A DNA stretch of 64,000 nt from Candidatus Ozemobacteraceae bacterium (lineage in GTDB: Bacteria > Muiribacteriota > Ozemobacteria > Ozemobacterales > Ozemobacteraceae), in NCBI GenBank assembly GCA_965140445.1, contig OZ223236.1, positions 5,088,001-5,152,000 of the forward strand, written 5' to 3'. Shown one piece after another: positions 19,378-28,199 of this stretch. Every line of letters starts with the position of its first letter. Position 1 is the stretch's first letter. Under the pieces are notes generated by a model. That model was given only the letters and a program-made list of their open reading frames with translations, did not search any database and was not told the DNA's origin. The translations under genes and the position numbers were made by a program.

Positions 19378-19705
19378 CCTTTACTGCAGTGCCATAGACG
19401 TATATCTCAGCTGCCCCCTGAGCAATTGAAGAAGTTGAGAAGCGAATATTAACTATTGCATTAGCCCCCTTTCTTTTTGCCTCAGACACCATACGCTGGG
19501 TAGCCTCAATTCTGGATTCCTGCAATAGCTCCGTGTATCCTGTCAGCTCACCTCCAAAAAGGTTCTTTAAGCTGGCCATAATATCTTTTCCAACATGTTT
19601 AGCTCTAATTGTTGAACCAGAAACTAAACCAAAATGGGCGGTGATTTCCCTCCCTGGAACCCTGTCAATAGTCGTTAAAATCATATTCCCAGACACATTA
19701 GACAT
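19370..19705 (-). CDS. YbjQ/UPF0145 family protein
   Basis: KHVGKDIMASLKNLFGGELTGYTELL and YGTAV. Confidence 0.9.
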   Translation of the reverse strand: MSNVSGNMILTTIDRVPGREITAHFGLVSGSTIRAKHVGKDIMASLKNLFGGELTGYTELLQESRIEATQRMVSEAKRKGANAIVNIRFSTSSIAQGAAEIYVYGTAVKVE

Positions 19706-19729
19706 AAATACCCCTCCGATTTAAACTTA

Positions 19730-19760
19730 AAAGCCTGGACTAAATAATTAAGTTCAGGCA
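19730..19760 (-). terminator. Intrinsic terminator after the QNG1-like gene
   Basis: Minus strand GCCTGAACTTAA-ttat-TTAAGTCCAGGC followed by TTTT. Confidence 0.6.
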
Positions 19761-19780
19761 ATTGTTATTCTAATAATTTT

Positions 19781-20746
19781 CTAATAAAAAAAGGTTTTTG
19801 TACAATGCCTGGGCATTTTTCGGTAAAAAGCTTCCTGCCCACGGTTCCACAGGAGATAGTCAAGTCCTTGTGAGGAGATTAAAGCCCCCGCCTGGTGCAA
19901 TTCCCTTTTTATTAATTCTACTGCATGAAGAGAAACAGCTCTTATTTCAATTTCTTCGTCAGAACCCGAATCAATGAGCTCACCTTTTTGAATCCTATTC
20001 TCAAGTTCCTCTGAAAAGGTCAGAACGCCATCAAGTTTCAACACATGAGGGACAAGATTGTCAGCAAAAATTGTTAACTTTTCAATGTCATTAAATTTTC
20101 CCGGGGCTTCCCCCTTGAAAGCAATTTCCAGATCAGAAACAGCTATTTGTGCTCTTTTGTAAAACAAAACCTCTTTATTGTGATAAAGAAAATGGTCGCC
20201 AAACATAGGCATTTTAGCAAGGGTTTCAACAAGATTTTCAGCGCTTCCGTCGCAAGATTCAAGCATAAAAAGAAAATCGCTTTTAAAATTGGTTCCGACA
20301 AACTCGCCCAATTCTTTTAAAGCACTAGAAAACATTTGCATCAATTCCATTACCTCAGGATTTTCAAGGTCTTGACGGAAAATTTTTGCTGCCAATTCTG
20401 GAGTAAAACCAACCAAATCATCACAAGTTGGTCGACCATTTTTTCTAAAAAATTCTGCAAGAAGAAAAGCTACAGTAAAATAGCCTGTCTTGCCTTCATA
20501 TTTCTTTAAGTATGGAAAATAACCCGACCCAAAGTTAATGCTATCAAGGATAAAAAAAAATGCTGCTGTATCAGCAGGCTCCCCGACAAAATGATTAACT
20601 TCATCCATAACTGGATTTTGGGCAATGTCTAATGGCAGATTTTTAGCATAGTTTACAATTTTGTCATGATTAATTTTTACAAACCTGGAATTATCTGCAA
20701 CAGCTTCACAACTATTTCTTATTTTATCGAAAATTGAGTATTCCAT
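19781..20746 (-). CDS. Queuosine salvage protein (DUF2419/QNG1-like Q-nucleotide N-glycosylase); start probably ATG 20746
   Basis: LDSINFGSG, FYKRAQI, LTIFADNLVPHVL, EIEIRA, DYLLW and C-terminal FFY. Confidence 0.85.
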   Translation of the reverse strand: MEYSIFDKIRNSCEAVADNSRFVKINHDKIVNYAKNLPLDIAQNPVMDEVNHFVGEPADTAAFFFILDSINFGSGYFPYLKKYEGKTGYFTVAFLLAEFFRKNGRPTCDDLVGFTPELAAKIFRQDLENPEVMELMQMFSSALKELGEFVGTNFKSDFLFMLESCDGSAENLVETLAKMPMFGDHFLYHNKEVLFYKRAQIAVSDLEIAFKGEAPGKFNDIEKLTIFADNLVPHVLKLDGVLTFSEELENRIQKGELIDSGSDEEIEIRAVSLHAVELIKRELHQAGALISSQGLDYLLWNRGQEAFYRKMPRHCTKTFFY

Positions 20747-20822
20747 AACCAACCTTGTTTCAGCTTTAACTTCTAACCTGAAAGTATAATGCAAAGCTGG
20801 AAAAATTGGAAAAGAATTGATT

Positions 20823-21248
20823 CTATTTACAATTTGAACAAATGCCTCTTACTTCAATGCTGAATCTTCCGATTGAAAATCCTTCAGGAAGATAATCTGC
20901 AACAGATAAAACAGGGAAAGATTCCATAAAAATATCTCCGAGCTCTCCACACTTGCTGCAGAAAAAGTGTAGATGAGGTGACAGGTTTCCATCATATCTT
21001 GCGGAGCTTCCCACTCCACCAACCTGGAAAATCTGGCCATTTTCTTCAAGCCAATTAAGCGATCTATAAACAGTATCGAGTGATACATTGGGCATTCTCT
21101 TTTTCACGCTTTCGTAAACAGCCTCTGCTGTTGGATGATCACTGGACCTGCAAACAGCCTTATAGACCTCAACCCTTTGTGGAGTGACCCTTATAGAATT
21201 CGTTTTACAATAATCAATGAGCTTTCTTTCCATTTGACGAATATTCAT
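20823..21248 (-). CDS. perR: Fur-family repressor, probably PerR
   Basis: TPQR, HPTAE, TVYR, H.HF.CSKC and C-terminal CSNC; divergent from rubrerythrin. Confidence 0.75.
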   Translation of the reverse strand: MNIRQMERKLIDYCKTNSIRVTPQRVEVYKAVCRSSDHPTAEAVYESVKKRMPNVSLDTVYRSLNWLEENGQIFQVGGVGSSARYDGNLSPHLHFFCSKCGELGDIFMESFPVLSVADYLPEGFSIGRFSIEVRGICSNCK

Positions 21249-21265
21249 GAACCCTCACAACATTC

Positions 21266-21320
21266 TTGACAATTTTTGAAGTTTATATTAAGAATTATTC
21301 CGACTTAGTAATAATTCTTA
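21266..21320 (+). promoter_or_regulatory. Rubrerythrin promoter with Per/Fur-box-like operator
   Basis: TTGACA at 21266; perfect inverted repeat TAAGAATTATT (21289-21299) / AATAATTCTTA (21310-21320). Confidence 0.6.
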
Positions 21321-21367
21321 CATTTTAAATCAATTTAATATTTTATTCAAGAAAAAGGAGCATTTAA

Positions 21368-21868
21368 ATGAGTAGCAAAGAAAACCTTGCAGCAGCTTTT
21401 GCAGGAGAAAGTCAAGCTAACAGAAAGTATCTGGCATTTGGAAAAAAAGCAGAGGCTGATGGATATAAAATGGTATCAAAGCTTTTTAGAGCTAATGCTG
21501 AAGCAGAAACCATTCATGCGCATTCACATTTAAAAGTAATGGACGGCATCAAGGACACAGCAACAAACCTTCAAACAGCAGTTGAAGGTGAAGGCTATGA
21601 ATTTAAGGAAATGTATCCTAAGTTTATCGAAGAAGCTAAGCAAGAAGGCAATAAAGCTGCCGAAAGAACTTTTGAAATAGCAATGAAGGCAGAAAAAGTA
21701 CATCACGCACTTTACCAGAAGGCTCTTGACTCTGTGAAAAACGGTAAAGACCTTGATGAAGCAGAAGTTCATATTTGCCCGGTTTGTGGCAATACAGTTA
21801 TTGGTGGAGTTCACGACAAATGTGAAATTTGTGGCGTTGCCGCTGAAAAGTTTATCGAAATTAAGTAA
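21368..21868 (+). CDS. rbr: Rubrerythrin
   Basis: AFAGESQA, EAETIHA, EMYP, EKVH and C-terminal CPVC...CEIC. Confidence 0.95.
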   Translation: MSSKENLAAAFAGESQANRKYLAFGKKAEADGYKMVSKLFRANAEAETIHAHSHLKVMDGIKDTATNLQTAVEGEGYEFKEMYPKFIEEAKQEGNKAAERTFEIAMKAEKVHHALYQKALDSVKNGKDLDEAEVHICPVCGNTVIGGVHDKCEICGVAAEKFIEIK

Positions 21869-21869
21869 T

Positions 21870-21921
21870 AAAAAAAAAGGGGTCCAGAGCTATTTATATT
21901 GCTCTGAACCCCTTTTTTTTT
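21870..21921. terminator. Bidirectional intrinsic terminator
   Basis: A9-GGGGTCCAGAGC...GCTCTGAACCCC-T9 between convergent genes. Confidence 0.8.
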
Positions 21922-22082
21922 ATTCAATACAAGCAAAAATTTAATGCAGATCAAAGTCTTCACATTTCACATTTAGAGCCATTTTAATAAAGTTATTCAT
22001 TGAAAATGAATCGTTTGAAATTCTCCTTGATATAGCTCCGATAAGCTTTTTTTCAAATCCCCATGTACATGTAAAAAAGCTT

Positions 22083-23369
22083 TCACTTAACTTCAAAAAT
22101 TAAAAGCGAAATATCATCTCGCATCCTTCCCTTGCCAATCCACTCATAGACCTCTTTAACGACTTCATCAACAATAGCATGGATATCAGGAGATGATTTT
22201 TTCATCATTATATCTAACATCCTCTTCTCACCAAATTCTTCAGAACTTTTCCCTTTTCTGGCTTCTGTTAAACCATCAGAGTATAAAGCAAATCTGTCTC
22301 CAGAATGAAGATGGATTTCAAATTGATGAAACTCAATTCTGTGAGAGATTCCTACAGGTGGGTCTCCACCAATTAAACTAGACGGCTTTTGCCCTTTTCG
22401 CAATAAAAGAACAGGAGTCTGCCCGGCCCTACAGTAATTAAAGATCTTTTTTTGAAGATCAAAAACCCCGTAGGTAATTGTAAAATACTTAAAGCACTCT
22501 AAATCCATGTAGAATTCATGATTCAAAAGTTTTAGTACCTCTGAAGGTCTTCTGATTCTTCCGTTATTTTTTTTTACCAGATTACTTCCCCAGGTTGCCG
22601 ATAAATATCTATGGATTGTAAATGCAAGCAAAGCCGCTGAAACGCCATGCCCTGCGACATCCAACAGATAGACCCCCAAAAACCTATCATTTAAACGCAC
22701 AACATTAAGCAAATCTCCCCCGATAGTTTCACAGGGCTGATAAAACCAGGCAAAATCAAAATATTCATTTCTTTCTATGCCAGTTGGAAGATAACTTCTT
22801 TGAAGTTCACCAGCAATCTGTAGGTCAACTTTAATGTTTTCAAGCAATTGATTAAGCTCTCTATTTTTGCTTTCCAACTCTTCAGTGATCTTATTTAATT
22901 GCTTTTGATTCTCTCTCAGAGCTTTATTAGACAACTGTAATCTCAATAAAGTTTTCAACCTTGAAACAATGTGAAAAGGGTTAAGGGGTCCAGGAAAATA
23001 GTCTATGCAACCGCTTTCAACAATCTCAATAAGCTCTTCTGTCTCCTCAATATCTCCAATTATTACGAGGGGAATTTCAAATGATTCAAAAGTTTCCTTA
23101 GCTTCCCAAATTGTCTCCAGGGGAGATTCCATCTCTTTGTCAATGCAGATAATAATTATATCAGCTAAAAAGGAGCTTTCCTGGTCACTGCCTTCTGGAG
23201 ATAAGAATAATACAGCGTCAGAGAGGGTTTTGTACACAAGGAAGCCAGAGAACCCCTCCATTTCGAGAAGTTCACAAATTTCCTCACTCTGAGTTTCTGA
23301 ATGAGAAATAATCAGGATTCTTCTGGACAAAATTTCGTCCACAAGCAGGAATCTATAATTGACGGTCAT
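22083..23369 (-). CDS. PP2C/SpoIIE (RsbU-like) phosphatase with degenerate receiver and coiled coil
   Basis: GGD, DVAGHG, RAGQ, YSDGLTE and DDIS. Confidence 0.9.
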   Translation of the reverse strand: MTVNYRFLLVDEILSRRILIISHSETQSEEICELLEMEGFSGFLVYKTLSDAVLFLSPEGSDQESSFLADIIIICIDKEMESPLETIWEAKETFESFEIPLVIIGDIEETEELIEIVESGCIDYFPGPLNPFHIVSRLKTLLRLQLSNKALRENQKQLNKITEELESKNRELNQLLENIKVDLQIAGELQRSYLPTGIERNEYFDFAWFYQPCETIGGDLLNVVRLNDRFLGVYLLDVAGHGVSAALLAFTIHRYLSATWGSNLVKKNNGRIRRPSEVLKLLNHEFYMDLECFKYFTITYGVFDLQKKIFNYCRAGQTPVLLLRKGQKPSSLIGGDPPVGISHRIEFHQFEIHLHSGDRFALYSDGLTEARKGKSSEEFGEKRMLDIMMKKSSPDIHAIVDEVVKEVYEWIGKGRMRDDISLLIFEVK

Positions 23370-23532
23370 GAAAGACCTCTCTCAAAAGCCTTTTATCTAT
23401 TTTTCGGCTGTATTATTCTGTATATTTTAATTATAGCCTCTGAAACCACTTAAATCAACCGGACCAATTACCGTCTAATCACAACTATAAAAACTGATTT
23501 TATGCTATAATTTTGCACAAATTCAATTTGGA

Positions 23533-24276
23533 TTGGAACCAATGACAAGCAATACAGACAAAATTTATTCACAAAAACTTGCGAATCTCGCCAATTTTAA
23601 ATTCGATGAAAAAGTAGCAGAAGTTTTTCCTGACATGCTCAATAGATCAATTCCCGGATATCCGGCAATCATAACAATGATTGAAACACTCACTGCCAGG
23701 TTTGGGCAGAATAACAGCAATTTTTATGACCTTGGCTGTTCATTGGGAGCTAGCTCCCACTCAATGCAACTTGGAAACACTGCTGAAAATTGCAAAATAG
23801 TGGCAATCGACAATTCCAAAGCAATGATTGAAAAATGCCTTCAAAATCCGCAATTTGAGAAGTCCAAAACCTCAATTGAATTTAAATGCGAGGACATAGT
23901 TGATTCTAAAATTGAAAACGCGTCTATAGTTGTCCTTAACTTCACGCTGCAATTTGTCGCCCCTGAAAGTCGGCTTAAGCTAATAAAAACAATATATGAC
24001 GGCATGTTATCCGGAGGAATTCTCATACTATCCGAGAAAGTTTGCTTTGAAGACGAAAAAGTGAACTCAATGCTAATTGACGTCTACCATTCTTTTAAAA
24101 AAGCTAATGGTTATAGTGATTTAGAAATAAGTCAAAAGAGAACCGCTCTTGAAAAAGTCCTTATTCCCGAAAGCTTTAAACGACATAGAGATCGATTAAT
24201 AAGAGCCGGATTTGAAAGCGTTGAACCATGGTTTCAGTGCTTCAACTTCATGTCCATTCTGGCGGTTAAAAAGTGA
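23533..24276 (+). CDS. cmoA: Carboxy-S-adenosyl-L-methionine synthase (ATG 23542 is a likely start)
   Basis: FDEKVAEVFPDMLNRSIPGY, YDLGCSLGA, NFTLQF, EISQKR and WFQCFNF. Confidence 0.93.
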   Translation: MEPMTSNTDKIYSQKLANLANFKFDEKVAEVFPDMLNRSIPGYPAIITMIETLTARFGQNNSNFYDLGCSLGASSHSMQLGNTAENCKIVAIDNSKAMIEKCLQNPQFEKSKTSIEFKCEDIVDSKIENASIVVLNFTLQFVAPESRLKLIKTIYDGMLSGGILILSEKVCFEDEKVNSMLIDVYHSFKKANGYSDLEISQKRTALEKVLIPESFKRHRDRLIRAGFESVEPWFQCFNFMSILAVKK

Positions 24277-25244
24277 TTAACCTATTTACAGATTTTTTTG
24301 CAGACCTAAGAAAATTTGGCCTTGGTAAATACGAGGAATTTTTCCAGGAAGCTCTTTTAAATCAAATCGGTATTTCAGAAAAAAACAGACAAAATTGGTT
24401 CAATGCTCTTAATAGCTTGCCAGAAGTTTTTCCTTCAGAATATTGTCTTAACAGTTCTGAAATTTCAGCGGGCAGAAAAACTGAATTATCAAGCGAACAA
24501 CTCAAGATTTTAAACCATTCTCTAACGGAGCTTTGCCCATGGAGAAAAGGGCCTTTCCGCCTATTTGATACCTTCATTGACACAGAATGGCGATCCGACT
24601 GGAAGTGGAATAGAATATCTGACAAGATTTCTCCCCTTAAAGACAAAAAGGTATTGGATATTGGTTGCGGAAATGGATATCACATGTGGAGGATGCTAGG
24701 AGATGGAGCAAAGCTTGTAGTAGGAGCAGACCCTTCTTTTCAGTTTCTTGCACAGTTTTTAACTATTAAAAAATACATTAAAGATCAACCAATTCACCTT
24801 CTACCTTTAGGATTTGAACACCTTCCAGCATCTATGCCAGAATTTGACTCCGTTTTCTCAATGGGAATTTTATATCACCGTAGGTCCCCAATAGACTTTT
24901 TAAAATCGATAAGAACTCTTTTAAAACCTGATGGAGAACTTGTTTTAGAAACTCTTGTAATCGAAGGGGGAGACCTTGAAGTATTGGTTCCGCCCGGACG
25001 CTATGCTCAAATGAACAATGTGTGGTTTATTCCCACTCCAAATGCTCTAATGACATGGCTAAGGAAATGCGGATATAAAAATCCCCAGCTGATTAATCTC
25101 AGCAAAACAACAGTTGAAGAGCAAAGAGCAACAAAGTGGATGACCAGCCACTCTCTTTCAGAATTCCTGGATCCAGATGATTGCAATAAAACAATCGAAG
25201 GGCATCCTTCTCCTATACGTGCAACAATCATTGCAAAGAAATAA
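24273..25244 (+). CDS. cmoB: tRNA 5-methoxyuridine/uridine-5-oxyacetic acid (U34) synthase
   Basis: PWRKGPF, IDTEWRSDWKW, MGILYHRRSP and RYAQM; overlaps the cmoA stop. Confidence 0.93.
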   Translation: MINLFTDFFADLRKFGLGKYEEFFQEALLNQIGISEKNRQNWFNALNSLPEVFPSEYCLNSSEISAGRKTELSSEQLKILNHSLTELCPWRKGPFRLFDTFIDTEWRSDWKWNRISDKISPLKDKKVLDIGCGNGYHMWRMLGDGAKLVVGADPSFQFLAQFLTIKKYIKDQPIHLLPLGFEHLPASMPEFDSVFSMGILYHRRSPIDFLKSIRTLLKPDGELVLETLVIEGGDLEVLVPPGRYAQMNNVWFIPTPNALMTWLRKCGYKNPQLINLSKTTVEEQRATKWMTSHSLSEFLDPDDCNKTIEGHPSPIRATIIAKK

Positions 25245-25293
25245 CGATAAGTTGTATTTTGAATCTAACCCAATAAAGTGAAGCGAAAATAAA

Positions 25294-25692
25294 TTGATTA
25301 CAAGAGAATCGGATTACGCAATTAGAGCCATTTTACATCTCGCACAAAATTACGGCAAAAAACCCGTATCCACCACTGAATTATGCGAGGCCACAGAAGT
25401 TCCCTACAGATTTCTGCGCAAAATCTCCAGGAAACTTATTGACGCAAAAATAGTAGGCTCTCAAAGAGGAAAATTTGGAGGGCTCTATCTTTCCAAAAAA
25501 CCAGAATCTATTTCTATCTTCGATATTCTTGAAATTTTTGATCCCAAATCAATAGTTTTTAACTCATGCTGCTTACCAGACCCAAAATGTTCGAGAAAAG
25601 AAAATTGCCCCGTTCATAGCAAATTCCAGCTAGTTCAAGATGAATTGAATTCCAAGCTAAAGGAATTTAAGTTTTCTGACTTGGCAAAATAG
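25294..25692 (+). CDS. Rrf2 family transcriptional regulator
   Basis: ITRESDYAIR, RGKFGG and C-terminal CC-x5-C-x5-C. Confidence 0.88.
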   Translation: MITRESDYAIRAILHLAQNYGKKPVSTTELCEATEVPYRFLRKISRKLIDAKIVGSQRGKFGGLYLSKKPESISIFDILEIFDPKSIVFNSCCLPDPKCSRKENCPVHSKFQLVQDELNSKLKEFKFSDLAK

Positions 25693-25695
25693 CTT

Positions 25696-27150
25696 CTACC
25701 TCAGTTTCTTATACAACTCTTTCTTAATACCATGCGCTGCAAGTTTTTCATGTAAAGCTCTGGGTGTAATTCCAGCCTTATCAGCAGCAACGCCAATTTT
25801 GCCAGCAGATTCTTTTATCAGATTTGTAAAATAATGAGATTCAAAACGATTCAGAAAAATTGCCCGGCTCTGCTTCCAATCAAGATTTAACAATTTAGAA
25901 TCAAAAACTTCCCCAATTGCCCCCACCTCATCATTAACAGATTTTCTTACAAATTCTTCAACCAATGGCTTTCTGAATGAAGACCCCGTAAGTTCATCCG
26001 GCAGGTCTTTAAGCGAAATAGACTCACCTTCTCCAAGCAATATTGCACGTTCAATAACATTAATAAGCTCTCTGATATTACCAGGCCAGTTATACGCAAT
26101 TAAAGCGTCCTGAGCATCATTGTCGATCCCGGAAATTCTACTCCCGATGTTTTTTGCTAAATGCTTGATATAGCCCTCGACCAAATCAGGAATATCTTCT
26201 GCTCTATCTCTTAAGGGAGGAATCATAAGAGAAACGACACCCAGGCGATAATAAAGGTCGCGGCGAAAACCACCCGTTTCCACAATGGCTTTTAAATCCT
26301 TATTAGTAGCTGCCATAACTCTTACATCTACTTTAATCTGCTTCTCGCCACCAACCTTCTGAAACTGCTTATCCTGTAATACTCTCAAAAGTTTAGCTTG
26401 AAGATGCAATGGCATATCACCAATCTCATCTAGAAAAATGGTTCCATTGTGAGCCAATTCAAACGCCCCACGTCTCGTTCTAACAGCTCCAGTAAACGCA
26501 CCCTGAACATGACCGAACAATTCACTTTCAAGAAGATTTTCTGGTAAAGCTGCGCAGTTTATGGGAATGAATGGTCCTCGCCCACGTGGACTTTCCTTAT
26601 GCATAGCCAACGCCAAATGCTCTTTTCCAACGCCGGTTTCCCCTAAAATAAGAACTGAGGCATTGCTCCCGACAATTCTCTTTGCAGTTTTTAAAAAAGC
26701 TTCCATTTCTGAATTTTTGGAGACAAAATCTTTTAATCTTGGTTCTTCAACTCCCGGTGGAATTTGAGAAATGAAGTTCTGAACAGCTCGTCGCCTAGTC
26801 AAAATTGCATCAATAGCGTCTTTTATAATAGAGACTTCAGAGCCATAAGGTAAAACAGACAAGGCGCTTGAGAAACTTGTTTCACTATTAAAAATGCTAC
26901 CCTTTTTATCTGATAAAACTAAAATTCCCGGGGAATCGGGAAGCTCTGAAATCTCTTTCAGAAGCTTTGCTTTAAAATGGCCAAGAAATGATTCCGAAAT
27001 AAAAACAAGATCGCAAGGTTCAGCTTTAAGCTGCTCCATAAAGCTGGTTTCATTTAGACTAAAAGCCAACAAATCTTTACTTTTCAGCCAAAACAAAACC
27101 TCCTCATGGAGAGACTTTGGGGAAAGTTGTAATCCAACTCTTATTAGCAT
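25696..27150 (-). CDS. Sigma54-dependent enhancer-binding protein (NtrC-like) with degenerate receiver
   Basis: GETGVGKE, ESELFGH, GAFTGA, FLDEIG, FRRDLYYRL, WPGNIREL and C-terminal HTH. Confidence 0.93.
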   Translation of the reverse strand: MLIRVGLQLSPKSLHEEVLFWLKSKDLLAFSLNETSFMEQLKAEPCDLVFISESFLGHFKAKLLKEISELPDSPGILVLSDKKGSIFNSETSFSSALSVLPYGSEVSIIKDAIDAILTRRRAVQNFISQIPPGVEEPRLKDFVSKNSEMEAFLKTAKRIVGSNASVLILGETGVGKEHLALAMHKESPRGRGPFIPINCAALPENLLESELFGHVQGAFTGAVRTRRGAFELAHNGTIFLDEIGDMPLHLQAKLLRVLQDKQFQKVGGEKQIKVDVRVMAATNKDLKAIVETGGFRRDLYYRLGVVSLMIPPLRDRAEDIPDLVEGYIKHLAKNIGSRISGIDNDAQDALIAYNWPGNIRELINVIERAILLGEGESISLKDLPDELTGSSFRKPLVEEFVRKSVNDEVGAIGEVFDSKLLNLDWKQSRAIFLNRFESHYFTNLIKESAGKIGVAADKAGITPRALHEKLAAHGIKKELYKKLR

Positions 27151-27306
27151 TATTACTTCCGAATAATTCCATTTTTTGAAGCTAATGTTCCGATTTTTTC
27201 AGAAGCTCAACTTCTTAATTTTAGCAGTTTGCAATTTTAAGCGCAAATACTCTTCCAAAGCAAGCAATTAGTGCAGGTTATAAAATAATTCTTTTTTTTT
27301 TATTTC

Positions 27307-27322
27307 TGGCATGGTTACTGCT
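27307..27322 (+). promoter_or_regulatory. Sigma54 -24/-12 promoter divergent from the EBP gene
   Basis: TGGCAT-GGTTA-CTGCT with exact GG-N10-GC spacing. Confidence 0.65.
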
Positions 27323-27375
27323 ATGCATGATTATCGTGCAGATTTTCTGCCAAAGATATTTAGGAGTTACGTGAA

Positions 27376-27537
27376 ATGACGAAAGTGAATCCCAAAAACA
27401 ACGACAAAAAAACCAGTACAAAAAGGAGAAGAGAATTCGACGACAATGATCAGCCGCCAAGAAAGATAAAAATGAAAAGCAATAAACGGACTGAACGGGT
27501 TTACTTTGACGATAGTAGCGAAGACGAAGACTACTAA
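27376..27537 (+). CDS. Unannotated 53-aa charged peptide MTKVNPKNNDKKTSTKRRREFDDNDQPPRKIKMKSNKRTERVYFDDSSEDEDY
   Basis: AGGAG RBS before ATG 27376; lies downstream of the sigma54 motif and upstream of ORF 27577. Confidence 0.6.
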   Translation: MTKVNPKNNDKKTSTKRRREFDDNDQPPRKIKMKSNKRTERVYFDDSSEDEDY

Positions 27538-27576
27538 ATCTATACTTTTTTAAATGTTAGAAGGAAAACACAACCA

Positions 27577-28008
27577 ATGAAAAACGCTTTTATTACTTTT
27601 GCAGTTCTTATGTCTATCATCTTTCTTCCACTCAACGTTATGGCAGAAGGCGCCGACAGCCTGGTGGGAATGCTTACAGTTACCACAGACGAAGCTGGAA
27701 CAATTACAGGTGCAACTCTTAGCGCTGAAACATACGATGAAAGCGACAATGTTAATACCGTTACCTATCAGGTAGTGATGGACGAAACTGGAAAAGCTAT
27801 GGCAGAAGCCATGGGCGGTTCTGAAGTAAAAGTTACTGGTACCATTAGCTCTTCAGATGAAAAACAGACTATCACAGTTGCTTCATACGAAAGCGCACAA
27901 ACAGAAGAAGCTCCTCCAGAATCTGGAATTGAAGAGCCAGTAATGGACGATCCAGATGGAAACATAGATATGGGTAGTGATGATTCTTCAGATGAACCAA
28001 TTGACTAG
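27577..28008 (+). CDS. Highly acidic exported hypothetical protein (beta-rich core, D/E-rich tail)
   Basis: Signal peptide ending in VMA; EVKVTGTI; acidic C-terminus. Confidence 0.75.
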   Translation: MKNAFITFAVLMSIIFLPLNVMAEGADSLVGMLTVTTDEAGTITGATLSAETYDESDNVNTVTYQVVMDETGKAMAEAMGGSEVKVTGTISSSDEKQTITVASYESAQTEEAPPESGIEEPVMDDPDGNIDMGSDDSSDEPID

Positions 28009-28076
28009 TTAAAAAAACCAGGGTTAAGGACTTTATAAAAATATAGTTTTATACATACCTGGTTATAAAGAAGATT

Positions 28077-28109
28077 GGGCGGCCAAATTAATCAATGGCC
28101 GCCCTTTTT
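28077..28109 (+). terminator. Intrinsic terminator
   Basis: GGGCGGCCA...TGGCCGCCC followed by TTTTT. Confidence 0.75.
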
Positions 28110-28199
28110 CATTAACAATTAAGCCGAACATACAAAGTTGATTTAGGTTCTCTCAACTCAGTTATAACCACACAATATGGCTGAAAACGATTTAACAAG

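Noticed and set aside
21922..22086. Short minus-strand ORFs (about 19-29 aa) after the PP2C gene
   Set aside because: No convincing RBS spacing or protein-like features
27278..27460. 60-aa minus-strand ORF upstream of the EBP gene
   Set aside because: Overlaps the sigma54 motif and the plus-strand 53-aa ORF, which has a clear AGGAG RBS
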